Source: a virus (Duplodnaviria; Caudoviricetes). Taken from it: a DNA stretch of 39,342 bases. The notes below the pieces were generated by a model. It was not told the DNA's origin, made no database searches, and saw only the letters and a program-made list of their open reading frames with translations. Each line of letters begins with the position of its first letter. Position 1 is the first letter of the stretch. A program made the position numbers and the translations under genes. The DNA lies in the IMG/VR virus record IMGVR_UViG_3300037483_000053, positions 1 to 39,342 of that record. One strand, given 5' to 3'. This document shows, one piece after another, positions 24,819-34,410 of this stretch.

Positions 24819-25973
24819 TTAGCCAAGCGCCAGAGCAATGTGCTCCTTCTTGATAGCTGCAACGCCCCATGCCAGAGCAATTTCATACTGCATCTGGCGA
24901 TACTGAGCGTACATGCTGACCTCAAACGACAAGCCAGACATCGGGTCAGTGATGATCATGCGGTCAACAGCAGAGTCACCCTGCTCAGGCAGAGCTGGAG
25001 CGCGAGTTGCCAGTGCAATTGCAGAGCGCGGGAAGGCCATGTTGCGAGTAGCAGCAGCAATAACAGTAATTGCCGTGGCAGACTCAGCGATTGCCTTACG
25101 CAGACCAGGTGCCTGCAGAGTGATGGTACCGCCGTTGGAGACATCTGCATCACCAGAGGCAACAACATACTTGTTGGTGTCATTGGCGAAGGCGATGGCA
25201 TCACCAGCAACAATGGTACCAGTACCAGCAGAAGCCAGAGTGATGACCGTGTCGCCGATAGCATAACCAGCATTGTCAGTAGTTGCAGAAGCACCAGTAC
25301 CAGCGGTGCTGGTCTTGACCTGAGCAGATTCACGCAGGGCAAAGCCATGGATATCCATCAGCACACCACGACGCAGCAGGTTGGTATCACCAGCCTCATT
25401 GGCCTTAGTGACCTGGCCAAGGGTGCGCAAATTGGCACCAGCAGAAGTGTTCATCACAAACTGCAGGTCACTCATCGGAGCGCCATTGTCCTGAAGAATC
25501 TTCAGGGCCTGGGCGGTATCAGCAAGGCTGGAGGCAAACGGAGTTGTACCAGCAGTGCCATAAGCACGCGACGCATAAATATGAAGCGCAGCCAGATCAG
25601 CTTCAACTTCATTCGCCAGAGTGCGCATTGCCTGAGCGAACTGGTCACGCAGGATGACATTGAGCTTGGCACCGTTGTTGTCAAGGGCCAGACGCTGCTC
25701 GCCATTCCAGCGAACAGGAACACGACGTGCCTTGGTGATGACCATGGACGCATTGCCAATAGTCTGATCACCATCATCAGGCGGAGTAACAGCAGGAGTG
25801 ATGTCAGATGCAGTTGCAGCAGGAGCAACCGGAGAGCGTACAGTCTGGTTGACCGCAGCGCGCTCATAAGACATGTCAGCTGTTACAGCAGGAATGAAGC
25901 CAACCATTTCACGGGACACAACATCCAGTGCATTGTACAGCTCAGTAGTCAGATTGGTAATGGTATTTGCCAT
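24819..25973 (-). CDS. major capsid protein (P22 coat-like, HK97 fold)
   Basis: MANT.T.L......ALDVVSRE.VGFIPAV, Q..QAMRTL.NEVE.DL, LAWGV..IK.EH; strong codon bias; follows the scaffold gene. Confidence 0.92.
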   Translation of the reverse strand: MANTITNLTTELYNALDVVSREMVGFIPAVTADMSYERAAVNQTVRSPVAPAATASDITPAVTPPDDGDQTIGNASMVITKARRVPVRWNGEQRLALDNNGAKLNVILRDQFAQAMRTLANEVEADLAALHIYASRAYGTAGTTPFASSLADTAQALKILQDNGAPMSDLQFVMNTSAGANLRTLGQVTKANEAGDTNLLRRGVLMDIHGFALRESAQVKTSTAGTGASATTDNAGYAIGDTVITLASAGTGTIVAGDAIAFANDTNKYVVASGDADVSNGGTITLQAPGLRKAIAESATAITVIAAATRNMAFPRSAIALATRAPALPEQGDSAVDRMIITDPMSGLSFEVSMYAQYRQMQYEIALAWGVAAIKKEHIALALG

Positions 25974-26130
25974 TTCTTTTGCCCTTTAGTTGAAAATTTA
26001 TTTTCGTCAAGGCAAAAGAAAAGGTCAGTGCCTTGACAATGATTTTGTTCATCGTCAGGTCACTGACCTGGGGTAAAGTCACCGACTATTACCACTTGAT
26101 GCTTTTAACCTCAATCCCCAATCACTGATT

Positions 26131-26185
26131 GAGGCGCTAACGTTAGTTAGACTTCGGCTTCGCGTCTAGTCTAGTCGATAACTAC
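26131..26185. repeat. short TG/CA-free island between scaffold and capsid genes
   Basis: 55 bp with no TG or CA; TCTAGTCTAG. Confidence 0.5.
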
Positions 26186-26207
26186 AAGCAAGTAAAGATG
26201 CAAAAAT

Positions 26208-27017
26208 TTAATCTACTACCTTGCCACCCTTCCTGATATGAGCAGATTTTTCTGCAGGGTCCATTGCGTCAAATACATGCCGCTTGATGGTATTTGCAGA
26301 TGTTTCATTGCCCTTGCCAGAGTTGCCAGCGCCATTGGCATTGCTGCCCTTGATGACAGGAGCGAATGCTGCAGCCTCAGCAATCTCCTTCTTCAAGTCA
26401 TCAATTGTCATGGCAGTTGGCTTACCATCACGACCAACAACCTTCACAACAGGTTGATCATCCTTCAACTCCATTGATAAGCGGCTAGAAATGTGAGGAA
26501 TGAGAACATCAGCAGAGCCATCAATGGCAAGTTCCGTGGCAATCCGTGAAGCAGTGGCGCCAACAGTCAGGCCATTGATCATTGACTCAAGAGACTTGAT
26601 GCGGCCCTCTTTCTCAGTAACAACACCATTCAACTTTTCATTCCAACTTCTCTCAAGTGACTCAAGGTCACCAGACTTGCGCGCTGCTTCTTCTGCAGCC
26701 TTGCGCGCAGCTTCTTCTTGCTGCTTGCGATGCTTCTCTGCCTCTGCGTGCTTTGCCTTGTAACGATTGTTTTCTTCAGTCAGAGCATTGAGTTGATTCT
26801 GAAGAGCCTCAAGCTGCTTCTTGGCAGCATCATCGCCACCGCCACCGGCACCACCTTCTCCACCTGCTCCACCTTCTCCACCTGCTCCACCTTCACTGCC
26901 TGCGCCATCAGCACCAACACTGCGATGAAAGCCAGGATTGTTCACATAGAAATTTTGCCAAGCAACCACATCATAATGATCAACTGGCTTGCTCACACGA
27001 TTTACATTCTTGCTCAT
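26208..27017 (-). CDS. scaffolding protein
   Basis: Gly-rich linker (18-bp tandem repeat at 26851-26894), coiled coil, PHI..RL, C-terminal R..FD.M...EK...I..GGKV.D. Confidence 0.85.
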   Translation of the reverse strand: MSKNVNRVSKPVDHYDVVAWQNFYVNNPGFHRSVGADGAGSEGGAGGEGGAGGEGGAGGGGDDAAKKQLEALQNQLNALTEENNRYKAKHAEAEKHRKQQEEAARKAAEEAARKSGDLESLERSWNEKLNGVVTEKEGRIKSLESMINGLTVGATASRIATELAIDGSADVLIPHISSRLSMELKDDQPVVKVVGRDGKPTAMTIDDLKKEIAEAAAFAPVIKGSNANGAGNSGKGNETSANTIKRHVFDAMDPAEKSAHIRKGGKVVD

Positions 27018-27018
27018 T

Positions 27019-27201
27019 TTAGACCTCGCTGTTAATTATCTCACCAAACAAACGTTGCGTTATTGCATGCGGCTGCTTCTTACGTTCCTTGTCATTGGAT
27101 ATTTCTTTAAGCGCATCTAGTGAATCAATCCCATCATCACTAAATTCAATAATCTTTACTCCAAATACTTCAACTGGGTGCTCCCAAGTTGGAATCATCA
27201 T
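27019..27201 (-). CDS. small hypothetical protein
   Basis: Fills the gap between the MuF and scaffold genes with coupled start and stop. Confidence 0.5.
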   Translation of the reverse strand: MMIPTWEHPVEVFGVKIIEFSDDGIDSLDALKEISNDKERKKQPHAITQRLFGEIINSEV

Positions 27202-28271
27202 AGCTCTATGCCAGCCTTTTTGAAAGCAACAGGGTCCATCTTTTCCATTTGAACCAGAGTCATTGGCTCGAATCTCTTGCCAAGTTGCAATTCTGCGAAT
27301 TGCTGCGCAGTAAGACCGCCATCACGCAACAATTTGCCCCTAGTCTTACCAATTACCGAATCTTGAAACTCAGCAGGTTGTCTTTTTAGCCACCCATAGT
27401 AAGTTTCTTTTGCTGGCACGCTTTCAACGTCGCCATCTTCTCCCCTTGCTGTTCTTGTTCCACCTTCATCAAGAATAGCAAATCTATCATCCAATTCAGC
27501 AACAGTTGTAGTTCTACAACGCAAATGAAATGGTGGCCTTGGGCCTTTATCAATTGGATAAGCCTGGCCATCTAATCCACGGCAAATATCAGTTGTTTGG
27601 CTATCTAGAGTCGATACTATTCTAACGCCTCTTATTATGTCTGAGTTAGCATTCCACGTTGCATTTCTTGCTCCTTGCGCAGCGTGAGCTAAACCAGTGC
27701 GAACAACTGCATCAAGGTCTTTGCCATACAAATCACCAGCACCACCTGATGCATACATGTCACGTATTAATCGTTGCGTTGTTTTTCCCTGCGCATAACC
27801 AAGTCTGATAGCATTCTCTATCCGTGTGATGGAACGCTCTGACCAACCTTCAAAGAAGTCACCAAGCAGAATTCCGCCATCTGCACCGGTTACTTGCAGT
27901 GGCCTCGAATATATTGCTGATTTTAGCTGGGAATCACTTGGCAAATCAAAATCAAATTTGATATCAAGATTGCCAAGTGATTTCAACTCAAATCTTGCTT
28001 CATAAGATGCAAGCTTATCAACTTGTTTTGCCATGAGAGTAGTAACATCACCAGTTACCTCACTCATTGCATTGCGTATTACCTTTAATTGCTTTTCAAG
28101 TCTCTTGCGTGACCAGCTAGTGATATCCTCTTTTGCCAGATTGGATACAATGTGCCTCTCCATTTCACCAAGCAACTTGGCATACTCTTTCACAGCACCT
28201 GATTTGTACCTCTCAAGGTACACAGCATGCCTTGTTGCTTGGTCAATTAACTGACGTGGTGTACTTGGCAT
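27198..28271 (-). CDS. minor head protein (MuF / SPP1 gp7-like)
   Basis: STLDS.TT.IC..LDG, P.PPFH..CRTT, TY..WLK.QP..FQ..V.G. Confidence 0.9.
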   Translation of the reverse strand: MPSTPRQLIDQATRHAVYLERYKSGAVKEYAKLLGEMERHIVSNLAKEDITSWSRKRLEKQLKVIRNAMSEVTGDVTTLMAKQVDKLASYEARFELKSLGNLDIKFDFDLPSDSQLKSAIYSRPLQVTGADGGILLGDFFEGWSERSITRIENAIRLGYAQGKTTQRLIRDMYASGGAGDLYGKDLDAVVRTGLAHAAQGARNATWNANSDIIRGVRIVSTLDSQTTDICRGLDGQAYPIDKGPRPPFHLRCRTTTVAELDDRFAILDEGGTRTARGEDGDVESVPAKETYYGWLKRQPAEFQDSVIGKTRGKLLRDGGLTAQQFAELQLGKRFEPMTLVQMEKMDPVAFKKAGIEL

Positions 28272-29668
28272 TATTCACCACCTGCTCCACCAGATACCAG
28301 ATTCAATTTTTCAGCGTAATCTTCAACAGAAGTTTCATCATCAAAGATTCCACGCTTTTTCATGTACCGAATGTAATCTGACATAGGAACTGCACCGCCA
28401 AGGAATCCAATGATAACTTCCTTCATCTCAGCAGTATCACTGATGTGCTCCATGAAGCTTGTATCAATTGCATATTCAAGATCAGGACTAGCAGAAGCAC
28501 CCATGTACCTTTCGCACCAACTAAGGCACAGCGTATATGCTTCATTTACATTTGATACCATCAATGAAAGTACAGAATGTTGAATTTCCTTCTCTGCGTG
28601 AGATTGCTCTGCAGTTTTTGCTACGCCGCCTGGCTGTATCATCCGTGCGCCGATGCCAACCATCATATCAATCTTATCAAGCATTGCCTGTCTGACTGCT
28701 GGATTTGGCGGAGCAGAAGCAAAGCCAAATTGGCCATCTTCTGGAACAGCAAGAAGATTGCGAGAGCCAACATACATGCAATTCTTTTGCATCAAGTTGA
28801 TGTGCTCTTGTGTAACGCCACTCATCCATGGCTGAGCTTGACCTGCAAACCAAACTGAATCCTCAAAATCAGCAGAGTTGCGATAGTGAGCGATATTCAG
28901 CATAACAAGCGGCAACAGATTTATTGGATCAACATTTGAATCATTACTTGATGCGCCAATGAATGTGAATGGGATATAATCCCATGTCTTTCCTGCTGCA
29001 TCAGTTGGCGTGCGAACTTCACCAGCAATCCACTCACCCTTATCATTCATTGTGTGCTTGCACTCCTTGTAAATGCCATCTTCAAGGAACAATTCACGAA
29101 TGATTTTTGTTTCATTGACTGAATAGTCTTCAACAGTAGTTTCTTCAGCGTCTTCAATTGCAACAAAGCTCAACTTTGTAATCGAGCCAACTGTTTCATG
29201 CGCCCAGTTGATGACTTGCTTAGCATCAATCTGGTTGATATTTGCAACATACTTACCAGATACCATATCAGCCTTTGAGATTGGTCCTTCTACAACAGGG
29301 AATGACACATACAAAGCACAACGGCTTTTCTTGATAATTTCCTTTAGAACAACCTGTGACTGCTGATAAATAGAGTTACCATATCCATCTGCATTTTTCT
29401 TCAGGTATTCAAGATTAGGCGGAATGTTGATTGAAGGCGCCTTTGAGAAGGCCATGCCAAGCATTCCTTGAACAGTCTGACCAGCAAGAGCATAGAATAC
29501 AGCACGCCCTTTGTATGCATTGTTTCGTGCCTTATTCAAGTCACTTGTATCAAGTGGATTTAGATACACAAGATATTGTTCAACACCATCTGAATCAACG
29601 ACATTGTCAACATTGATCCAGTTATCAATGTTTTTGATATACTGCTTATGCTTTGAATTAATTGCCAT
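28271..29668 (-). CDS. portal protein (DUF4055-type)
   Basis: Y..RAVFY, INW, IPFTFIGA, LNIAHYRNSAD; immediately after TerL. Confidence 0.9.
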   Translation of the reverse strand: MAINSKHKQYIKNIDNWINVDNVVDSDGVEQYLVYLNPLDTSDLNKARNNAYKGRAVFYALAGQTVQGMLGMAFSKAPSINIPPNLEYLKKNADGYGNSIYQQSQVVLKEIIKKSRCALYVSFPVVEGPISKADMVSGKYVANINQIDAKQVINWAHETVGSITKLSFVAIEDAEETTVEDYSVNETKIIRELFLEDGIYKECKHTMNDKGEWIAGEVRTPTDAAGKTWDYIPFTFIGASSNDSNVDPINLLPLVMLNIAHYRNSADFEDSVWFAGQAQPWMSGVTQEHINLMQKNCMYVGSRNLLAVPEDGQFGFASAPPNPAVRQAMLDKIDMMVGIGARMIQPGGVAKTAEQSHAEKEIQHSVLSLMVSNVNEAYTLCLSWCERYMGASASPDLEYAIDTSFMEHISDTAEMKEVIIGFLGGAVPMSDYIRYMKKRGIFDDETSVEDYAEKLNLVSGGAGGE

Positions 29669-29676
29669 TTCTCACC

Positions 29677-30945
29677 TCACACCGCGCTTATTATTCCAGT
29701 ATTGATAATGATTGGTTTACGAATTGGCATTTCATAAACAATCGGATAGCCAGTGGCATCGTTTTGGTGATCAACACCTGCTGACTTATCAGGTTCACCA
29801 TTTTGGTTATACACCTGTTGCTCAAGATTTGATGCAACCGTTGGACAAAGCGTATCATTAACAAGCACTTTTCCGTGTGTGAAAGCCGCATTCACAGCAA
29901 GCACACGATCTTTAACAAATGGATTCTTGCTATTGGCTTTCACAGTAAATCCAGCATTTTTAAGCAAAGATATGTCAGATTTACTGGCATCAACCGTCTT
30001 CCTACTATCTCCGCTTGCATCAGGATATATTACAATCTTGTTGCCAGGGAATTTCTGCTTCAATGTATCTATCAAAGCAGGTGTATCAAATATCTTTGTC
30101 AATTCACCAACAGCATGCCATATACCATCACGGATTACATAGATTGTTGATGCCATATTGCCAACATTGAAGTCTTGACCTATGTACAGAACATCACCAA
30201 CTTTGATATCTTCACAAGAGCGATGCATCTCACGATTGTACGAGCCATAAACAACACCAGAGACAAGATTTACAAATTGACCAAGCAGATATGCTTTAAT
30301 CAATTCCTCTGGATATTGATTCATCAACTCTTCAATATAATCATCAGGCAAATTATGAGCATTACTATATGTGCTCATTTGAATCAATCGGCTATTTGCC
30401 AATGGACTCTTTTTGAATAGTTGATATGTTGCCTTAAAACCTTCTGGTGTCGTGGTTATAAACAACTGATTGATTCTTCCAGTTGGGTTCTTCTGACGCA
30501 AACGCGCTGACACTTTACGGAATACATGAATTGCCTTATTAGTTGGTAGTACATCAAATTCATCAAGTATTGCATCAGCAACTTTCCAACCAACTATGTT
30601 CTCTGGGTTGTCCATTGTGCGGCAATAAATGCTACCTAGATCAGGTATTGAAACAATGTGCTCACTTTTGTTTATCTTGTAATCCAAACCTAGAATTGGC
30701 AATGCCTCTCCAACAGTCTGATAAAATATATCTCGAATCAATGGATATGTTGGGGCAAGATATGCTTGGTCAATACCAGGGGCCTCCATCATATTTTTCA
30801 ATATACGAGCAAGGCCAACAAATGTCTTGCCAGAGCCAAATCCAGCAACTGCTGCAACATATTTTTCAGTGGCAGAGAGGAACTCATATTGCGGTTCTGA
30901 GAACTGCAACGTGACCTCTTCAACTCTCTGCGCAACTGCATTCAT
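29677..30945 (-). CDS. terminase large subunit
   Basis: Walker A GFGSGKT, YLAPTY, Walker B AILDE, TTTPEG, nuclease GQDFN, YPDASG, DH.NDA.GY. Start placed at 30945 from the ATGA overlap. Confidence 0.95.
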   Translation of the reverse strand: MNAVAQRVEEVTLQFSEPQYEFLSATEKYVAAVAGFGSGKTFVGLARILKNMMEAPGIDQAYLAPTYPLIRDIFYQTVGEALPILGLDYKINKSEHIVSIPDLGSIYCRTMDNPENIVGWKVADAILDEFDVLPTNKAIHVFRKVSARLRQKNPTGRINQLFITTTPEGFKATYQLFKKSPLANSRLIQMSTYSNAHNLPDDYIEELMNQYPEELIKAYLLGQFVNLVSGVVYGSYNREMHRSCEDIKVGDVLYIGQDFNVGNMASTIYVIRDGIWHAVGELTKIFDTPALIDTLKQKFPGNKIVIYPDASGDSRKTVDASKSDISLLKNAGFTVKANSKNPFVKDRVLAVNAAFTHGKVLVNDTLCPTVASNLEQQVYNQNGEPDKSAGVDHQNDATGYPIVYEMPIRKPIIINTGIISAV

Positions 30946-31172
30946 GCATCCAACCTTATCTTTGCCCAATCAAGAACCATAGCATTCATGTAAGCAAGAA
31001 TTGCTGCCTTATCCTTGAATTCACAATTAGCATGAGTCCAATGTGGCATCCCATTTTCATCAAGCCAAATGGCAACCACAGGAGACTTATGATCAACACG
31101 ATTTGCAGCATCAGCAAGAGCAGCCTTTGCACTCCATTCAATGTCTTCTGAAATTGGATCAATTGTAGCCAT
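30942..31172 (-). CDS. hypothetical protein
   Basis: Overlaps its neighbours; GGTG RBS. Confidence 0.6.
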   Translation of the reverse strand: MATIDPISEDIEWSAKAALADAANRVDHKSPVVAIWLDENGMPHWTHANCEFKDKAAILAYMNAMVLDWAKIRLDA

Positions 31173-31533
31173 TTTCACCACCAATTGGACTTATACTCAT
31201 ATACACTTCACCAAGCGCATATTTTGGCAACTTCTCTACATGGTATTTAGCAACGAGCGAGTCATCAACCCAAACTCCTGCCTTTGTCAATGCATCAAAT
31301 ATTGCCTTTGTATAATTGTCACCATCCCATTTGCCATTCCGTGGAGGAGCAAGCTTAATATCAACCTCAACCGCACAATCAATGCCTAAGTTAAGTGATG
31401 CTAAAGCAATCTGCCTCTTCACTTCCTCAGCATATAACCTACCCTTTTTGCTGAGAACCTTTTTGCCATGTATGCATACATAATATGTGTTCAGTGAAGG
31501 TGGCCATGGTATTCTGAACTCAATAGAATCCAT
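31159..31533 (-). CDS. rusA: RusA-like Holliday junction resolvase
   Basis: PWPPS.N, D.DN..K...DALT.AG.W.DDS.V. Confidence 0.9.
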   Translation of the reverse strand: MDSIEFRIPWPPSLNTYYVCIHGKKVLSKKGRLYAEEVKRQIALASLNLGIDCAVEVDIKLAPPRNGKWDGDNYTKAIFDALTKAGVWVDDSLVAKYHVEKLPKYALGEVYMSISPIGGENGYN

Positions 31534-31535
31534 GA

Positions 31536-31739
31536 TTAAACTCCATCATCAAGAATCCAATTCAACTCAGCGAGTCCTTCAATTGCATCCTCTGGAACAA
31601 ATATCACTGCATTTGCAGTAACAATCTCACCAGCATTGAAATTAATTGTTATTGATTTTACCAACTTATCATTTAGGCCAAGTGAATTAAGCAACTTTTG
31701 AACAACTTCACTTTTTGAATGAGCAAATACAGAGGCCAT
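31536..31739 (-). CDS. hypothetical protein
   Basis: AGGAG RBS before ATG at 31739. Confidence 0.6.
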   Translation of the reverse strand: MASVFAHSKSEVVQKLLNSLGLNDKLVKSITINFNAGEIVTANAVIFVPEDAIEGLAELNWILDDGV

Positions 31740-31741
31740 GA

Positions 31742-32158
31742 TTATTCTCCTGTGCAAATCTTCAACATAGGAGCAAATGAATACAAGCGCACTTCACATC
31801 GTGTCACAACTTCTTTTGTTGGAGACACATAGTAGTGATGTTCACCATCATCATATGGGTCATATACATAATTGCCATACGGGGATATATCCATTATAAC
31901 TGTGTGCAACTTAGCATGAGTGTTCAATGATGGAGCAAGCACCAAATAGCGACCTTGATCAGTGATCCATTCAATTGAATTAAATTCCTTATGCTTGATG
32001 CCATGTGCATCAAGATATTGCGGAATTGTAATACCACCATGCATATATCTATCGTGAAAATCACCCATGATCATTTCAACAGGCTCATCAATGAGCATAG
32101 CAATGCATGTTGCTACGCATGATTCATCACACGGCTGTATTTGCTTATTGATTTTCAT
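31742..32158 (-). CDS. C39-like (papain-fold) cysteine peptidase
   Basis: Q.....SC..TCIAM, H.VI.D, VYDP. Confidence 0.65.
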   Translation of the reverse strand: MKINKQIQPCDESCVATCIAMLIDEPVEMIMGDFHDRYMHGGITIPQYLDAHGIKHKEFNSIEWITDQGRYLVLAPSLNTHAKLHTVIMDISPYGNYVYDPYDDGEHHYYVSPTKEVVTRCEVRLYSFAPMLKICTGE

Positions 32159-32181
32159 AATTATCTCCAGTTTATCCAGCG

Positions 32182-32583
32182 TTATTTCTTGACCATTTCA
32201 AACACAATCTTCTTCACAGTCTTTTCATCAATATCATCACTATCGCCATTGCGAATATCCGTGAGGACGCGCGCAGCCAGCAACTTGTTTGACTCCAACT
32301 TAGAGTCGGTCATTACACGGCCAACGTGATCAATTACAAGCCCATTGATTTCAAACTGAGTGAAGTCAAATATGCGCTTTAGAGTTGATTCTTGCGCTTC
32401 TGTTATGCTGTGGTTGTAAATGTGAGATTGGAAGATTGACAGAGCATTCTCAAAAGTGCTAACTGAAGCAATCTTCTGGAAGTCTGCAATTGCGTCATTG
32501 ATATCAAATTCAGTTCTTGTGAGCTTACCTAGCCCAGCATCCTTGGCCAATCTAACTGCGTTGTTGGTTGGAAACATGGCCAT
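32182..32583 (-). CDS. hypothetical protein, candidate terminase small subunit
   Basis: Helical; acidic patch followed by a terminal beta strand (KKIVFEMVKK); upstream of TerL. Functional call is weak. Confidence 0.4.
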   Translation of the reverse strand: MAMFPTNNAVRLAKDAGLGKLTRTEFDINDAIADFQKIASVSTFENALSIFQSHIYNHSITEAQESTLKRIFDFTQFEINGLVIDHVGRVMTDSKLESNKLLAARVLTDIRNGDSDDIDEKTVKKIVFEMVKK

Positions 32584-32660
32584 GGCGCTGCGTATTCCCT
32601 TTCTTAGTTCGACGTAGTATAAGCGCCGCTTTCGATTTTCGGAAGCCTATAGGCGTTGAA

Positions 32661-32891
32661 TTACACACCACCTTTAGAAGTGTTTTCTTCTGGCACTCCT
32701 AGCTTGATTGCCCACTCTTTTAGCTTGTTTTTATCAGGTAATTCATGCTTACCACAAATGCAATTCCACATCTCATTTTCAACAGCAACCCTCCTGTTCA
32801 ATGCTTTCTCTAGCATGCGCATAGTATCATGCGCAACCTTTGCTGCATCTTCAATTGATGCATGAGTTTTTAACCATTCTTCATATTGCAT
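32661..32891 (-). CDS. hypothetical protein
   Basis: Likely start MQYEEW at 32891; helical. Confidence 0.55.
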   Translation of the reverse strand: MQYEEWLKTHASIEDAAKVAHDTMRMLEKALNRRVAVENEMWNCICGKHELPDKNKLKEWAIKLGVPEENTSKGGV

Positions 32892-33201
32892 TATTAACCC
32901 CATCCACAATAGCTTTGATATCGTGATTAGAGTTGCCACCAAGTTTAACAGTAAGATTAACATGCCCAGAAACAATGCCAACCAAATCACACCTGTTCAA
33001 TCTTTCTGCTCTCATTATAGAAGTCATCATGCTTATTGCATTTGATATAGTAATGATTCCAATCACGTGATCAATCTTGCCAAGTTTAGCTTTGCGATGT
33101 GTTGATGCAATTTTACAGAATCGCTTTCTCAACTCTGATTTCTTCAAATATTCAAACACCTCATCAGAAACAGAATCAGCAACAATTATAACTGATGACA
33201 T
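32881..33201 (-). CDS. hypothetical protein
   Basis: Strong GGAGGTG RBS. Confidence 0.55.
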   Translation of the reverse strand: MSSVIIVADSVSDEVFEYLKKSELRKRFCKIASTHRKAKLGKIDHVIGIITISNAISMMTSIMRAERLNRCDLVGIVSGHVNLTVKLGGNSNHDIKAIVDGVNNAI

Positions 33202-33203
33202 GA

Positions 33204-33509
33204 TTACACCTCCTCACCACGTATATTTGCATTCCTTGCAGCAATGCGCAATTTCAATCTGATAATTTTCCGTGCGACGTGTGTCAAGTAACTCGCTTCA
33301 CAATTCAAATCAATAATCAACTGCCTTATCATGATTGACACATCAGCAAGTTCTTCTGCTACCTTTGACACATTGCAGCGATTCCTGCGCAAGTGTTGAA
33401 TTGCTTGAATCAATTCAGCACACTCTTCAATTGCCATATCAAGGTTGAATTCACCACCCCATATTTTGCTGGTTTCTTTCAGAGCAGAATCATACTTATC
33501 ACTGATCAT
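33204..33509 (-). CDS. MazG-like nucleotide pyrophosphohydrolase
   Basis: IEECAELIQA...VAEELADV.IM. Confidence 0.85.
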   Translation of the reverse strand: MISDKYDSALKETSKIWGGEFNLDMAIEECAELIQAIQHLRRNRCNVSKVAEELADVSIMIRQLIIDLNCEASYLTHVARKIIRLKLRIAARNANIRGEEV

Positions 33510-33726
33510 TTTCTATCTCCTCATCTTTAATATATCACATATTCAATAAGCACTGCCATAATCATGCATTTGAATAATCTTCGCATCATCTTCATGTGAA
33601 TCAATATCAAGGGTAGGTGATCTACCACCAATGTAATTTGCATCAAATCCAAATGAGGGTGCATCACCTGCACTTCTGACCTTAAATCCTTCAAGTGGCC
33701 CATTCAGCAATAAACATTATATTTCA

Positions 33727-33963
33727 TTATTCCTTCTCCCAATACGTTGCACCTGGATTCAAGAATACAATTTCTTCACTGCTGCAACGGAATGATTTGA
33801 ATTCACTATTCCATTTGCCAATTCCATTCATCGAGTATTCACGCTCAATCAAATACCATTTACAAACATCACCATCATTAGGTTCTTGTTGAGATAGCTT
33901 TTTGAATTTTGTTAATACTAATAGTTCTTGATGTGATAATTTTCTTGCTAGAATTGCACTCAT
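33727..33963 (-). CDS. hypothetical protein
   Basis: GGAG RBS before ATG at 33963. Confidence 0.55.
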   Translation of the reverse strand: MSAILARKLSHQELLVLTKFKKLSQQEPNDGDVCKWYLIEREYSMNGIGKWNSEFKSFRCSSEEIVFLNPGATYWEKE

Positions 33964-34029
33964 AATTATCGTTTCTCCGTGTGGTTCGCGCTGCGCGGCT
34001 GTTGGCATAAGCTAAATTTATATGTGTTG

Positions 34030-34410
34030 TGAAAAAGTGTTGGAAAATAAAAAATTAACAGGTTCGAGGGTAAAAGTTAAAAATCTGTTTAACCCGCTCT
34101 AGCCCGCGCCGTTCCTAGCCCTCCCCTATATATACCTATAAAATAAAAAAATAAAAAAGAAATAGAAAACAATTAATTGGAAGAATAGGAGGGGTAAGCA
34201 GAGAGGGGTTTTGATGGAAATAGAGGGAGAGGTCGGGGAGGGCCGTTTTATTTTTTATTTTTTTATTTTCCGCTCTCGAATAAATTTTATTTTCGTTTCG
34301 CATCTCTAAATCCTCTTATAAATTAGTAACTTACGCCGACTCAACTAACAATTTCTGCTAAATTTTTACTGACTTTTATAGATATAAAAAAATAAATTTT
34401 TTTATCTTTC
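34030..34410. other. probable replication origin
   Basis: Non-coding, very AT-rich, downstream of the primase/helicase; AAAATAAAAAA repeats at 34140-34158 face TTTTATTTTTT repeats at 34246-34269. Confidence 0.55.

Noticed and set aside
24771-26036. 421-aa + strand ORF
   Set aside because: Antisense shadow of the major capsid gene; no recognisable motifs.
32584-32660. Stop-codon reassignment (TAG read-through extending ORF 32182-32583)
   Set aside because: All conserved genes are intact under code 11, and TAG ends the helicase and chaperone genes at sensible positions.
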